A stretch of DNA of 62,523 nucleotides, filler included, from an uncultured bacterium (GTDB lineage Bacteria > CAYJOG01): the NCBI GenBank assembly GCA_964371695.1. It is 14 parts of 14 records of this genome, joined end to end, with 100 filler letters (N's around TTAATTAATTAA, not from the genome) between each part and the next. Parts side by side here need not be neighbours in the genome. Positions count along the whole stretch, not along the records: positions 27,152 to 31,542 come from CAYJOG010000295.1; positions 31,643 to 36,022 come from CAYJOG010000296.1; positions 36,123 to 40,479 come from CAYJOG010000297.1; positions 40,580 to 44,931 come from CAYJOG010000298.1; 10 more parts are not named here. The stretch is one strand, 5' to 3'. The notes under the pieces were generated by a model. That model worked only from the letters and a program-made list of their open reading frames with translations. It searched no databases and was not told the origin of the DNA. This document shows, piece after piece, positions 29,148-40,732 of this stretch (positions are counted from its first letter, which is position 1; each line of letters starts with the position of its first letter). A program made the translations under genes and the position numbers.

Positions 29148-29990
29148 TTACTCGGCGTCCTTTCTCAGCGTGCGGCTTTTTTCGACGGCGAACTGGCTGG
29201 CCCAGGTGTAGAGATCGGGTGCGAGGCGGTACAGATGCCAAAGCAGGTCTGCTTCGGGTGTGATGGTGATGACGGCTTTGTTCCGGGCCACGCCCCGCAG
29301 AATGTCCTGGGCGCACGTGTCTGCTGCGTGCAGCCTGAAGGGCAGGGCGGTTGCGGCTTTTTCCATGTCAAAACTCAGGTTTTCGATGGAGTCCTTCAGG
29401 GGGGTGTCAATGAAACCGGGGCAGACCACGCTCACTCGCACACCCAGGCCCGCCGCCTCGGCCCTCAGCGAAGTGGACAGACCCACCACGGCGTGTTTGG
29501 TGGTGGCATAGGCGGCAGAAAGGGGGAAGGGGGCCAGCCCCGCGATGGAGGCGGTGTTGATGATGTGGCCATGGCCCTGGCGGATCATCAACGGATAGGC
29601 CGCATGGACACCGTGAATGACACCCCGCAGGTTGACATCCAGAATCCGGTTCCAGTCCGACAGGGCCATGTCCCGCACCTCGGCGGCAATGCTGATGCCC
29701 GCGTTGTTGAACAGATAGTCGCAGTGGCCGTGTTGATGGGCCACGCCCTCTACCATTTCCTGCACGGCGTCGGCGTCGGTCACGTCCACCTGCCAGGGCT
29801 GTGCCCTGCCGCCGGTGGCGCGGATTTCTTCAGCCGATTTCTCGGCCAACGCGGCGTTTCTATCTGCCAGCACCACCGTGGCCCCGCGCTTGGCCAGCAA
29901 GGTGCCCAGCGCCCGGCCAATGCCCGACGCGCCGCCCGTGATGATGGCGGTTTTGTTTTTAAAAATCACGGTTTTATCACTCCCACTCAA
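29148..29990 (-). CDS. Short-chain dehydrogenase/reductase
   Basis: [20 protein letters not shown]. Confidence 0.95.
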   Translation of the reverse strand: MSGSDKTVIFKNKTAIITGGASGIGRALGTLLAKRGATVVLADRNAALAEKSAEEIRATGGRAQPWQVDVTDADAVQEMVEGVAHQHGHCDYLFNNAGISIAAEVRDMALSDWNRILDVNLRGVIHGVHAAYPLMIRQGHGHIINTASIAGLAPFPLSAAYATTKHAVVGLSTSLRAEAAGLGVRVSVVCPGFIDTPLKDSIENLSFDMEKAATALPFRLHAADTCAQDILRGVARNKAVITITPEADLLWHLYRLAPDLYTWASQFAVEKSRTLRKDAE

Positions 29991-31527
29991 TCGTGCCCGG
30001 CGGTTTGCTGGTGATGTCGAGCACCACGCGGTTGACGCCTCTGACCTCGTTGACGATGCGGCTGGCGAGTTTTTCCATCACGTTGTGGGGCAGGCGCGCC
30101 CAGTCGGCGGTCATGCCGTCTTCACTGGTCACCGCCCGCACCACGATGGGATAGGCATAGGTGCGCCCGTCGCCCATTACCCCCACGCTGCGCACAGCGG
30201 GCAACACGGCAAAAGCCTGCCACACCCGCACAGGCAGGTCGGCCTGGGCGATTTCTTCCACCACTATGGCGTCAGCCTGACGCAATATTTTGAGGCGTTC
30301 CGACGTGACCTCGCCGATGATGCGAATCGCCAGCCCCGGCCCCGGAAAAGGCTGCCGCCAGGTGATGGCGGCGGGCAGGCCCAGTTGGGTGCAGATGGCC
30401 CGCACTTCGTCTTTGAACAACAGCCGGAGCGGCTCTACCAGCCCCTTGAATCCCATGCGCTTGGGCAGGCCCCCCACGTTGTGGTGGCTTTTGATTTTCA
30501 TGCTGGGGCCGCCCACGGAACTCACGCTCTCGATCACGTCGGGATAAAGCGTGCCCTGGGCCAGATATTTGAACGTGCCGAGTTTTTTAGATTCTTCTTC
30601 AAACACCCGCACAAACTCGCGCCCGATGATTTTGCGCTTGCGCTCCGGGTCCGTCACGCCCTTCAGGGCCGCGAGAAAACGCTTCTGGGCGTTCACCCGT
30701 TTGAAATTGATGCCGAAATTGCCCTTGAAGGTCTGCTCCACCTGATCCGATTCACCCTGCCGCAGCAGGCCGTGATCCACAAAAATGCACTGGAGGCGGT
30801 CGCCGATGGCCCGGTGCACCAACACGGCGGTGGCGGCGCTGTCCACACCGCCAGACAGCGCACACAACACATGCTCGCTCCCCACCTGGGCGCGCATCTG
30901 GGCCACGGATTCTTCAATGAAACTCGCCATCGTCCAGTCGCCCCGTGCGCCGCACACGTCATAGGCAAACCGCCGCAGCAGTTCGGTGCCCCAGGGGGTG
31001 TGGGTGACCTCCGGGTGAAACTGCACGCCATAAAGTTTCTTCGCCGGATTTTCAAACGCGCACACCGGCGTGGTGCTGGTGTGGGCCGTCACGGTGAATC
31101 CCGGCGGCGCGTGGGTGATGCAGTCGCCGTGGCTCATCCAGGCCATCAGGCGGGGGTTCAGGCCCTTGAACAACACCGTGCTGGTGTCGGCGGTGAGCTG
31201 TGTGCGGCCATATTCCATTTTGTGGCCCCGGCTCACCTGGCCCTTGAGCTGACGGGTGATGAGCTGCATGCCATAACAGATGCCCAGCACCGGCACGCCG
31301 GTTTTCAGCAGCGCCGGGTCCAGTTGGGGGGCGCCGGGGGCGTAGACACTGGCAGGCCCGCCCGACAGCACCAGACCAATCAGCTCGGTGCCCTCTGGCG
31401 CCGCCGCGCCGGACTGGTAGGGGCGGATCTCGCTGTACACCCCCATTTCGCGCAAACGCCGTGAAATAAGCTGTGTGTATTGGCTGCCGTAGTCCAGAAT
31501 CAGCAGGCATTGATGCCGGGCGCTCAT
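29977..31527 (-). CDS. guaA: GMP synthase (glutamine-hydrolysing)
   Basis: [59 protein letters not shown]. Confidence 0.98.
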   Translation of the reverse strand: MSARHQCLLILDYGSQYTQLISRRLREMGVYSEIRPYQSGAAAPEGTELIGLVLSGGPASVYAPGAPQLDPALLKTGVPVLGICYGMQLITRQLKGQVSRGHKMEYGRTQLTADTSTVLFKGLNPRLMAWMSHGDCITHAPPGFTVTAHTSTTPVCAFENPAKKLYGVQFHPEVTHTPWGTELLRRFAYDVCGARGDWTMASFIEESVAQMRAQVGSEHVLCALSGGVDSAATAVLVHRAIGDRLQCIFVDHGLLRQGESDQVEQTFKGNFGINFKRVNAQKRFLAALKGVTDPERKRKIIGREFVRVFEEESKKLGTFKYLAQGTLYPDVIESVSSVGGPSMKIKSHHNVGGLPKRMGFKGLVEPLRLLFKDEVRAICTQLGLPAAITWRQPFPGPGLAIRIIGEVTSERLKILRQADAIVVEEIAQADLPVRVWQAFAVLPAVRSVGVMGDGRTYAYPIVVRAVTSEDGMTADWARLPHNVMEKLASRIVNEVRGVNRVVLDITSKPPGTIEWE

Positions 31528-31642
31528 GTGGCGGGCACCGTCNNNNNNNNNNNNNNNNNNNNNNNNNNNNNNNNNNNNNNNNNNNNTTAATTAATTAANN
31601 NNNNNNNNNNNNNNNNNNNNNNNNNNNNNNNNNNNNNNNNNN

Positions 31643-32672
31643 CAGAGAGCACGGCATTCGCGCCCGCCGAAATTTTCAGCAGGCCGCCGTCGTTCAGCGC
31701 CAGGGCCACGCCGCTGTCTGGGCCGGTTTTCACTGCGTCCGCGCCAAACAGGCAGGTGCCCAGTTCGGCCTTTTTCCAGTCGCCGCCGTCCAGCTTGATG
31801 TTCACCGTTCCGGCGAGGCTGTCCACGCGGGCGGGGCATGGGGCGGCAGCAGCCGCATTGCCAGAATCCGCCGCGCCGGTTTTGCTGACGGTGGATGAAG
31901 AGGAGTCGCCCGCCTCGCCTTCGTCCAGGGCGGCCAGCACCTCGCGGCCCTGGCGCGTGGCGGTGGGCAGAGCCAGTTCCGGCTCTTTGGGGCCGGGAAT
32001 GAAGCGGGAGCGCGGACCCATGGGCATTTCGTCGTCATAGGCCTGCCCCCGGCCAATGAAGCGTTGCTCCGGCGCCAGCAGCGGGTGCAGGGGCGCGGGT
32101 TCTTCGGTGGGATAAAGCCGCATGCCGGGGCGCGCCGCCAAAGAGGCGGGCAACTCGGCGATAAACGTGGCCGTGCTGCCAGTGAGGCGCTCCAGGCGGG
32201 CGAGGCCCAGCGTCACGCCGTCGTCTACCAGCCGGAACACGCTGCCCGGCGGATAAAACGCCGAGAGGTTTTCGTAAATGATGAGGGTGTTGTCCACCGC
32301 CAGCATCACGGGATAACCGGTGCGGCTGCCGCTGAACATCGCCGGACCCTTGGGGGGCATTTCCTCGCCCACCAGTCGGTCGCCGGGACGGGGCAGTTTG
32401 CCGGGGGTGGTGTCGTAGATTTCAAGGCGGCTCATGACGGGGCCGGTCTCCACCACGCGCAGGCGGCCCACCACCTCACCGCCCCGCACCAGGGTGATGA
32501 CCTCGCCGGGGGCATACCACACGCTCAAATCCTGATAAATGAAAATGCCGTCGTCGCCCCCAACAAGGTCCAGTTGCAAAATGGGGGCCCCCGCCAGCGC
32601 CACACCGGCTGGCGCAAAGCCCAGCAGGCCAAGCACAAGGCCCAGCCACATCAGGCGGTGTCGTCGGAACAT
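31643..32672 (-). CDS. Secreted protein with two tandem beta-domains and a FecR-like domain (3' truncated)
   Basis: Signal peptide; duplicated IY..LS..Y.PG.V..LV..G...G..R ... RPG.RL; C-terminal G.V.I......W..A..G..L...D.V.TG.DS...L.L.DG..L.I..N. Confidence 0.7.
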
Positions 32673-33021
32673 GCGGGAGGCATTCTAGCAGGGTGTTGAA
32701 AAGCACCCTGCAAAATCCATGGACGGACTTTCTCAACAACCTGCTGACAGGGCAATGCGGGCTGGGGGAGCGGCGGAGGGCGGAAGCCGGAAGTTGGCGG
32801 TCAGAGGCTGAAAATCAGCGGCTGGAAAAAGAAAAAAGCCTCCATCCTTCCCCCTCTCCCCTTTAATGGGGAGAGGGGAACATGGCGGTTTTTTCATTTC
32901 CAACTTCCAGCTTCTGACTTCTTTTTATCACCTTGGCTCGCTTTTTGCTATTGACCGGCCTGTGGCAAAAACCAAACTTCCGGGAGATTGTCTGGCCTGT
33001 TTTCCACCGGGGTCAGAAGAG

Positions 33022-35811
33022 GTGCCGCTGCCGCCGCAGTGGGTGAAGTGGCGGGCCATCACCGCTGTTCTGCTGTTGATGGTTCTGGCGGCAACAGGCG
33101 CGGGCTGGGCCGGATCGCTGCTGGCGCGGCAAAGTCTGTTGCAGCGCCAGCAGGCCGCCCGAAACCTGCTGGACGCCCAGGGTTATTACCTGCAATGGCT
33201 GCTGGAGCGGGGCGTGGCCACCAGCCATCTGCTGGCGGTGTCCGTGAAAAAAGGCTGGGGTGAAGGTGGACTTCGCCGTGCCGGGCCGGGACTGTTGCAG
33301 GGCGGGGGCAGTGTGCGGGGGCTGCTGCTGGCCCCCGGCGGCGTGGTGCGCGAGGTGTACCCCCCCCGCGAAATGGCGGCCTATCTGGGCAAAAACCTGC
33401 TCTCGCTGTCGGTGCAGGGGGCCCCCGTCACAGCCCTGCCCCAGCAGGGCGGCGTGGCTCCCGCCAGTCTGGACTGGCTGGCTGGCCCACAAAAAGGGTT
33501 TCTGGTGAAACGCCCGGTTTATCAACCCACGTCCGGCGGCAAAGTGCGATTTTGGGGATATGCCGCAGCGGTGGTGCCGCTGGATGCGCTCCTCGCCAAA
33601 AGCGGCGTCAGCGCCCTTTCGGGCATGGGTTATGACGCGGCGTTGTGGCAGGTGCGCGCACCTGCTCCGCCCGTGTTGCTGTTTCCTGGCCGCAGGCCCC
33701 GGCTTGCCCAGCCCATTGTCACCCGCGTGCCCCNNNNNNNNNNGGGTAACGTGTGGATGCGCCAACTTTCACCCCGGGGGGGGGGGCGCCCCGCCCGCCT
33801 GCCGTGGATGTTGCGGGGAGTCGCCCTGCTGGCGGGGGTGCTGGTCGGCGCGTTGGCGGCCTGGGCGTTGCGTCAGCCTCTTCTGCTCCAGGCCCGTGTG
33901 CTGGCCCAGACCGCCGCGCTCAGGCGCGCCAACAACGCCCTGGCCCAGGAAAACCAGGAGCGCCAGCGGGCCGAGGTGGCCCTGCGCCGCAGCGAAGAGC
34001 GTTATGCCCTGGCCGCCGAAGGGGCCAACGACGGCCTGTGGGACTGGAACCTGGAAACAGGCCAGGCTTTTTTTTCTCCCCGCTTCATGGCCCTGATGGG
34101 TTTCCCGTCCAGGGCGGCAGAAAAAAACATCGTGCTGTGGCTCAACCGGATTCACCGGTTGGACCGTTTTGGATTCTGGCAGATGCTGGTGTGGCACATT
34201 GAGGACCAGACCCGGCACTTTGAAAACGAACACCGTTTGCGCCAACCGGATGGCAGCGGCCGGTGGGTGGTGAGCCGGGGGGTGGTGGTGCGCGGCAAAA
34301 ACGGAAAACCGGTGCGCGTGGTGGGGTCGCTCACCGACATTTCAGACCAGAAGGCTTATCAGGCCAAGCTGGAAGCCTCCAACCGGCGCCTCACCGAGGC
34401 CAGCAAGGCCAAGGGAGATTTTCTGGCGGTGATGAGCCATGAAATCCGCACACCGCTCAACGGCGTCATCGGCATGGCGGGGTTATTGGCGGGCACGCCG
34501 CTTTCGCCGCAGCAAAGCCGCCTGCTGCACCAGCTGGAGGCCTCGGCCCGGTCGTTGCTGGAGATCATCAGCGACGTGCTGGATTTTTCCAAAATCGAAG
34601 CCGGGCATTTTGAGCTGGAAAAACAGCCTTTCAGTCTGGCGGATTTCATGGGGCAGTTGCAGGCCCAGTTTGATCAACGGGCGGCGGCCAAGGGGCTGGA
34701 CCTGACGTTTTATGCCGACCCGGCATTGCCCGCCGTGATGGTGGGCGACGCGGCCCGGCTGAAACAGGTTTTGGTGAATCTCATCGGCAACGCGCTCAAG
34801 TTCACCCAGCAGGGGGCGGTGCAGGTGCATCTGAGTCAGGATGGCGTGGACCCCAGCGGCGGAGTGTGGCTGAAGGGCGAGGTCACCGACACCGGCGTGG
34901 GGGTGTCGCCCCAGTCCCTGGGCCAGTTGTTCGCCCCCTTTACCCAGGCCGACGCCTCGGTGAGCAGGCGTTTTGGCGGCACGGGCCTGGGTCTGGCGAT
35001 TGTCAAGAACCTGGTGCGGCTGATGGGGGGCGAGGTGGCCGCCGAAAGCACGCCCGGCATGGGTAGCCAGTTCTGGTTCCGTGTGCCCCTGGGTGTGGGG
35101 GCGGAATTGCCCGGAGAAACACCAGCCCGCCCGCGCACCGGCCCGGTGCGTCCGCTGCGGGTGCTGGTGGTAGAGGACAACCCCGTGAACCTGGAACTGG
35201 CCGTGGCGCTGTTGCGCCAGCGGGGGCACACAGCGCTTTCTGCCACGGGTGGCGAAGAGGCCCTGGACCTGCTGGTAAAGGAAACCGTGGACGCCGTGTT
35301 GATGGACGTGCAGATGCCGGGGCTGAGCGGCCTGGAAACCACCCGCCTGCTCAGGGAGTGGGAGGCCGTCATGGGGGCGCCCCGGATGCCGGTGATCGCC
35401 TTTACGGCCAACGCCACGGCCCGCGACCGCCGCCTGTGTGAAGAGTCGGGCATGGAGGGTTATCTCAGCAAACCTTTTGCGCCGGAACAGCTTTATGAAC
35501 TGCTGGAGAGCCTGACCGCAAGACCCTTGCAGGAAACAGCCGGGCTGCCTGTGGCGGCCACCCAAACCGCGCCGGTTCAGGAAATGGTGTGGGACAACAC
35601 ACAGGCTCTGACGCTGATGGGGGGAGACCGGAATCTGTTGCAGCAACTCACCACGCTTTATCTGCAAAAAACACCGCTTCTGATTCAGCGGCTGCGTGAG
35701 GCGCTGGCGGGGGAAGACCCCACCGCCTTTGGCCGGGCGGCCCACGCCCTGAAAGGTTCCAGCCTGAGCCTGGGTATCACGCCGGTGGCAGACCTGGCGC
35801 GGGAGCTGTAA
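33022..35811 (+). CDS. Hybrid sensor histidine kinase (CHASE-like, PAS, HisKA, HATPase, REC, Hpt) with the Hpt cut by an in-frame TAA
   Basis: [56 protein letters not shown]. The frame continues to TAG at 35937. A 10-N gap lies at 33734-33743; start approximate. Confidence 0.9.
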   Translation: MPLPPQWVKWRAITAVLLLMVLAATGAGWAGSLLARQSLLQRQQAARNLLDAQGYYLQWLLERGVATSHLLAVSVKKGWGEGGLRRAGPGLLQGGGSVRGLLLAPGGVVREVYPPREMAAYLGKNLLSLSVQGAPVTALPQQGGVAPASLDWLAGPQKGFLVKRPVYQPTSGGKVRFWGYAAAVVPLDALLAKSGVSALSGMGYDAALWQVRAPAPPVLLFPGRRPRLAQPIVTRVPXXXXGNVWMRQLSPRGGGRPARLPWMLRGVALLAGVLVGALAAWALRQPLLLQARVLAQTAALRRANNALAQENQERQRAEVALRRSEERYALAAEGANDGLWDWNLETGQAFFSPRFMALMGFPSRAAEKNIVLWLNRIHRLDRFGFWQMLVWHIEDQTRHFENEHRLRQPDGSGRWVVSRGVVVRGKNGKPVRVVGSLTDISDQKAYQAKLEASNRRLTEASKAKGDFLAVMSHEIRTPLNGVIGMAGLLAGTPLSPQQSRLLHQLEASARSLLEIISDVLDFSKIEAGHFELEKQPFSLADFMGQLQAQFDQRAAAKGLDLTFYADPALPAVMVGDAARLKQVLVNLIGNALKFTQQGAVQVHLSQDGVDPSGGVWLKGEVTDTGVGVSPQSLGQLFAPFTQADASVSRRFGGTGLGLAIVKNLVRLMGGEVAAESTPGMGSQFWFRVPLGVGAELPGETPARPRTGPVRPLRVLVVEDNPVNLELAVALLRQRGHTALSATGGEEALDLLVKETVDAVLMDVQMPGLSGLETTRLLREWEAVMGAPRMPVIAFTANATARDRRLCEESGMEGYLSKPFAPEQLYELLESLTARPLQETAGLPVAATQTAPVQEMVWDNTQALTLMGGDRNLLQQLTTLYLQKTPLLIQRLREALAGEDPTAFGRAAHALKGSSLSLGITPVADLAREL

Positions 35812-36237
35812 ACCATGGCAGAACAAGGCAGCCTGAACGGCGCGGCGGCGCTGTTGCAGGAACTCGAAACTCTGTTTTCACGGTTTGAACAACAGCAGCA
35901 GACCGGCGTTATCCGACTGGCAGCCAGTGGGGAATAGGATGGTTCCTCTTTCGTTTTTCCCTCTCCCGTGCTTTGCATGGGAGAGGGTGGCCGACGCAGT
36001 AGGGCGGGCGTCTCGCCCGCCTNNNNNNNNNNNNNNNNNNNNNNNNNNNNNNNNNNNNNNNNNNNNTTAATTAATTAANNNNNNNNNNNNNNNNNNNNNN
36101 NNNNNNNNNNNNNNNNNNNNNNTACATGATGAGGGATACCCTTTCCATTTAAAATATATCAGTTATTTATGGGACGACACATTAGAGCCTGTTTTAAAAG
36201 TGGGCGGTGTAAAACATGGCCCGCCTTGAACAGGCGC

Positions 36238-37497
36238 CTATTCCTTCCGGCCCTGGCCCGGCTCTTTGGCCCCCACCAGAATGGCCATGTTGCCGTGGGG
36301 GTGCTTGTTTTCGTGCATCAACTGATGACATGCGCCGGTTTCATTCCAGGTAAAGGTGCGGCTCAGGCAGGGGTCCACCTTTTTGGCCAGCACCAGATCA
36401 TTCAGAGCCGTGGCCTGATCGTCGTTGGCGAAGTGGCTGCCCTGAAAACGTTTCTGGCGCATCCACAGATACCGCAGGTCCGCCACGGCGTTAAACCCTG
36501 TGGTGCCCGCGCAAATCACCACCATGCCGCCGGTTTCGCACACAAATATGCTGGTGGGCACCGTGCTTTCGCCGGGGTGTTCAAACACGATGGTGGGGTT
36601 GTTGCCCTTGCCCACGATCTCCCACAACGCGCCGCCAAAGGCCCGCGCCCCAGCCATCCACTTGGTATAGGCGGCGTTGTCTGTCCAGTGGGGCGGCATG
36701 CCCCAGTGGTCGAACTTGCGCCGGTCGATGGCCCCTTCGGCCCCCAGTTTTTTGCAATAGTCCACCTTGTCGTCGCCCGCCACCACGGCCACCGGGCGGC
36801 CCCCCAGGGCCTTCACAATCTGGATGGCCATGGAGCCAAGGCCCCCCGCGCCGCCCCACACCAGCACCACTTCGCCGGGCTTCACCACGTTGGGGGGCCA
36901 GCCGGTGAGCATGCGCATGGCGGTGGCCCCCACCAGCATATAAGCCGCGCTTTCTTCCCAGCTCAGGTGCTGGGGCCTGGGCAGGCACTGGTGGGCCTGG
37001 GCCTTGGTGAACTGGGCAAAGCTGCCCCAGTTGGCTTCGTATCCCCATATCCGGAAGGTGGGGCTGTACATGGGGTCTTTGCCCGTCTTCACCATGGGGC
37101 AGTCGGCGTTCCACATGCCGCAGTGGATGACCACCTCGTCGCCCACCTTCACGTTCGTCACGTTTTTGCCCACTTTATAAACAATGCCGCTGGCGTCGCT
37201 GCCGCCGATGTGAAAGCCGGTCTGGTCGTTCCAGAAGGGGTCTTTGTCTTTGGCCCGTGCGCCGATGACGTTCACCGGAATGCCCCGCGCCGCCCACACG
37301 TTGTTGTAGTTCACACCGGCGGCCATCACGGCCACCAGCACTTCGTCATCTTTTATTTCCGGCACGTCCACGACTTCTTCCTGAAACGCCGTATTGGGTT
37401 CGCCGAAACGCTCCGGGCGAATCACTTGGGCACGCATTCTGGCGGGCACTTCTCCCACGGGGGGCAGGTTGCCGATGTCGAGGGTTTCGTGGCTCAT
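36238..37497 (-). CDS. ccr: Crotonyl-CoA carboxylase/reductase
   Basis: [57 protein letters not shown]. Confidence 0.95.
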   Translation of the reverse strand: MSHETLDIGNLPPVGEVPARMRAQVIRPERFGEPNTAFQEEVVDVPEIKDDEVLVAVMAAGVNYNNVWAARGIPVNVIGARAKDKDPFWNDQTGFHIGGSDASGIVYKVGKNVTNVKVGDEVVIHCGMWNADCPMVKTGKDPMYSPTFRIWGYEANWGSFAQFTKAQAHQCLPRPQHLSWEESAAYMLVGATAMRMLTGWPPNVVKPGEVVLVWGGAGGLGSMAIQIVKALGGRPVAVVAGDDKVDYCKKLGAEGAIDRRKFDHWGMPPHWTDNAAYTKWMAGARAFGGALWEIVGKGNNPTIVFEHPGESTVPTSIFVCETGGMVVICAGTTGFNAVADLRYLWMRQKRFQGSHFANDDQATALNDLVLAKKVDPCLSRTFTWNETGACHQLMHENKHPHGNMAILVGAKEPGQGRKE

Positions 37498-37785
37498 GAA
37501 AGGCTCCTTTTTTGATGGGCGTGGAGGGCGGGTGGCCCCTTCATCCTTTTTGGAGTAGGCGCGGTGTCTTCACCGCGCTGAAAAGTTTTTCAAACATCTT
37601 GGGGCTTTCCCTTTTGCGGCGGTGAGGACACCGCCGCTACACCCGTAATTCAACGTAACAATCTCCCGGCCAGGGCCCAAGGCNNNNNNNNNNGCGTTGG
37701 GGCGGTGCCCCCCCCCCCCCCCCACCCCCCCCATAAACTCCAAACACCCCCCGCCCCCGCCCCCCGCCCCGGGGCGGCAAGGCGG

Positions 37786-38172
37786 CTAACCCTTGGCGGC
37801 GCTGTAATCCGCCGCGTTTTGCAGGTTGTCGTAATCCGCCGGGTTGCTCACTTCGATTTCAATGAGCCAGCCTTTGCCGTAGGGATCTTCGTTCACCCAG
37901 GCCCACTGGTCGTTGTCCACCAGTTCCCCGTTCACCGCCGTGATGACGCCGCTCACGGGCATGAAGAGGTCCGAGGCGGCCTTCACACTCTCGATGGAGC
38001 CGAACACGTCGCCCTGGGCAAAGGTGCTGCCCACGGCGGGCAGTTCCACAAAAGCGATGTCGCCCAGTTCCTTTTGGGCAAACCAGGAGACACCCGCTTT
38101 GGCTTTGCCGTTTTCGGCGGGGCTGACCCATTCGTCGTGCTCGGTGTATTTCAGGTGGTTGGGGTAACTCAT
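37786..38172 (-). CDS. gcvH: Glycine cleavage system H protein
   Basis: YT..DEWV, AQ.ELGDI.FVELP, ESVKAAS lipoyl-Lys, VNEDPYG.GW. Confidence 0.96.
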   Translation of the reverse strand: MSYPNHLKYTEHDEWVSPAENGKAKAGVSWFAQKELGDIAFVELPAVGSTFAQGDVFGSIESVKAASDLFMPVSGVITAVNGELVDNDQWAWVNEDPYGKGWLIEIEVSNPADYDNLQNAADYSAAKG

Positions 38173-38196
38173 GAAAACAGCGCCTCCATATTTGTT

Positions 38197-39267
38197 TTAT
38201 CCCAGAAACTTGCGGCTGCTGACCGTGAGTGGCCGGGGTTTGCCGCCCTTGAGCACATACACGGTGTGGCCGGGCTGGCTGTGCTGGCGGGGAACATAAC
38301 CCAGCGCAATGGGCTTGCCAAGCGACGGGCTGTGGCTGCCGCTTGTCACCTCGCCAATGGCCTTGCCAACTTCGTCCACCAGTTGATCGCCGTGTCGGGG
38401 GCTGGCCCCGCCCTCGCTCACCAGACCCACCAGCGTGCGGTTGCCCGCCTCTTTGAGCGTGCGCAGGGCCTGCTGGCCCACAAAGGGGTCTTTCTCAAGG
38501 TCCACCACCCAGGCCAGACCCGCCTCGAACGGATGGGTGGCCTCGGTGATTTCGTTGCCATAGAGCGACAGGCCGTGCTCCAGGCGCAGGGTGTCCCGCG
38601 CCCCCAGTCCGGCGGGGGCCACGCCCAGCTCCTTCGTCAGGCGGTCATAGAGTTCGCGGCCTTCTTCGGCAGAGGTGAACCGCACCAGACCCGCGCCGCC
38701 GGTGTAGCCGGTGCTGGCCACCATGCGCGGCCCCTCGGCCCGCCAGCCAAACTTGGGCAAATCCGAAAACCGCAGCCTCGGCTCGGCCCCCTCCACCATT
38801 TCGGCGGTTTTGGGGCCTTGAATGGCCAGCTTGACCATTTCGCGGGGGTCTTCGGTGAGGCGCGCCTGTTTGCCCGCGAGGTGCTGTTTGATCCAACCGG
38901 TGATTTTGTCCACGTTGCCCGCGTTCACCACAATGCGCAGGTGGTCATCGGCCCGGTAGACAATCACGTCGTCCAGAATGCCGCCGGTTTCGTTACACAT
39001 CAGGCCATATTTGGCCCGCCAGGGTTTGACCTTTTTGAGGCTCCAGGTAAACAGGCTGTCCAGCACCGGCAGGGCGTCGGGGCCTTCCAGTTGCAGCAGG
39101 CCCATGTGGGAGATGTCGAACACACCCGTGCTCTCACGCACGGCGGTGTGTTCCTTCACCAAGCCCTCAAACCAAACGGGCATTTCCCATCCGCTGAAAC
39201 CGATCATCTTGGCCCCCAGGGCCACGTGCTGATCAAAAAGGGGGGTGCGGCGAAGCGTCTGACTCAT
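38197..39267 (-). CDS. gcvT: Glycine cleavage system aminomethyltransferase T
   Basis: RTPL..H, F.GW.MP, EH.AVR..G.FD.SHMG, GGI.DD, VNAGN, GLGARDTLRLE, VTSG..SPSL. ATG at 39267. Confidence 0.95.
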   Translation of the reverse strand: MSQTLRRTPLFDQHVALGAKMIGFSGWEMPVWFEGLVKEHTAVRESTGVFDISHMGLLQLEGPDALPVLDSLFTWSLKKVKPWRAKYGLMCNETGGILDDVIVYRADDHLRIVVNAGNVDKITGWIKQHLAGKQARLTEDPREMVKLAIQGPKTAEMVEGAEPRLRFSDLPKFGWRAEGPRMVASTGYTGGAGLVRFTSAEEGRELYDRLTKELGVAPAGLGARDTLRLEHGLSLYGNEITEATHPFEAGLAWVVDLEKDPFVGQQALRTLKEAGNRTLVGLVSEGGASPRHGDQLVDEVGKAIGEVTSGSHSPSLGKPIALGYVPRQHSQPGHTVYVLKGGKPRPLTVSSRKFLG

Positions 39268-39636
39268 GGCGGGACATGCTAACAGCTTCGGGCCAGGAGT
39301 TGGAAGCTGGAAGTTGGAGGCTGAAGATGGAAGGCTGGAGGTTGGAGATGGAAGGCTGGAGGTTGGAAAAGACAAAAACCTCCATCATCTCCCGCCGTCA
39401 TTCCCGCGAAGGCGGGAATCCAGTCAAATATAGGCAAAACCTTTTTTTCTTTGGGTAGTGGGGCGGGCGACAGTGGGGCGGGCGGGGGCGCCCGCCCCCC
39501 AGAAAGAGGAAAGAAAAAAGTGGGGTGGGCATATTTTAAAAGGATTACCCCGTTGACGGGGATTGCGCCAGGGAAAGCAACGTCTTGTTCTTTTACCAAC
39601 CGCCAACTTCCAGCCTTCCCCCTGTAAACTCCCGAC

Positions 39637-40431
39637 ATGTCCAAACGCTACACACTCAAGGATGGCGGCGTGGCCGTGGTGACGGGCGCCAGCGCAGGCA
39701 TTGGCGTGGAACTGGCCCGCCAACTGGCGGCGAAGGGATATGACCTGGTGCTGGCGGCCCGGCGAAACGACCGCCTCGCTGAACTGGCCGGCGAAATTCA
39801 CACCCAACACGGCGTGAAGGCCCTCGTGTGCCCGCTGGACCTGGCCAAGGTACACGCGGCAGAAAAACTGCACGCCTTCACACAGGAGCACCACCTGGAC
39901 GTGGCCCTGCTGGTGAACAACGCCGGGTTTGGCTGGGACGGCGTGACCGCTGACATGCCCGCTGCCGTGGCGGAAGAAATGATTCACCTGAACATGCTCA
40001 CCCTCACGCAGACCTGCCGCCTGTTTGCGCCGGACCTCATCCAGCGGGGCGGCGGGGGCATCCTCAACGTGAGCAGCGTGGCGGGCATGACCCCCATGCC
40101 GAAATTCGCGGTTTATGCCGCCACCAAGGCCTATGTCAACAGCTTCAGCCAGGCGCTGGCGGTGGAGCTGGAACCCCAGGGCGTGCGGGTGTGCTGCGTG
40201 TGCCCCGGCGGCACCAGCACCGAGTTTGCCCAGGTTTCGGGCCGCGAAGAAGACAAACTGCCCTTTTTGCGCATGAGCGCCGAAGAAGTGGCCCGCCTGG
40301 GCCTGAAGGGTTTTGACCGGGGCGAAATCCTCACGGTCACCGGGCCGCTGAATCAGGCCGCCGCCGTGTTCAGCCGTTTGATTCCCGAAAACCTGCTGAT
40401 GAAAGTGCTGGCGCTGGGGATGAAGGCGTAG
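39637..40431 (+). CDS. Short-chain dehydrogenase/reductase
   Basis: TGASAGIG, NNAG, YAATK, CPG. Confidence 0.95.
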   Translation: MSKRYTLKDGGVAVVTGASAGIGVELARQLAAKGYDLVLAARRNDRLAELAGEIHTQHGVKALVCPLDLAKVHAAEKLHAFTQEHHLDVALLVNNAGFGWDGVTADMPAAVAEEMIHLNMLTLTQTCRLFAPDLIQRGGGGILNVSSVAGMTPMPKFAVYAATKAYVNSFSQALAVELEPQGVRVCCVCPGGTSTEFAQVSGREEDKLPFLRMSAEEVARLGLKGFDRGEILTVTGPLNQAAAVFSRLIPENLLMKVLALGMKA

Positions 40432-40732
40432 GCGCAGGAAAAGTCATGCCTGATTTGGATAGATACTGTGGTGCCGTCCNNNNNNNNNNNNNNNNNNNNN
40501 NNNNNNNNNNNNNNNNNNNNNNNTTAATTAATTAANNNNNNNNNNNNNNNNNNNNNNNNNNNNNNNNNNNNNNNNNNNNGGGTTTTTTCAGGGAAATATG
40601 AAGAGAAATCTGAATGGTGCGCGCCTGCGGCGCGTTTGAAACTCCCGGCGGGACGCCAGGGCTACCTCGAAAAACCCTTGACCCTCCGCGAATTTTTCAC
40701 AAACCGAACAGCAACAGGGTGGCTGCCTTCAA

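Noticed and set aside
35809-35811. TAA read-through as evidence for an alternative genetic code
   Set aside because: TAA, TAG and TGA all end other conserved genes at the expected positions; this is a single case only.
37694-37775. Poly-C tract as a G-quadruplex or regulatory element
   Set aside because: It abuts an N-gap and looks like low-quality read ends; the same applies to 53318-53420.
39268-39636. Glycine riboswitch upstream of gcvT
   Set aside because: No recognisable aptamer consensus; the region is filled with heptamer and REP repeats.
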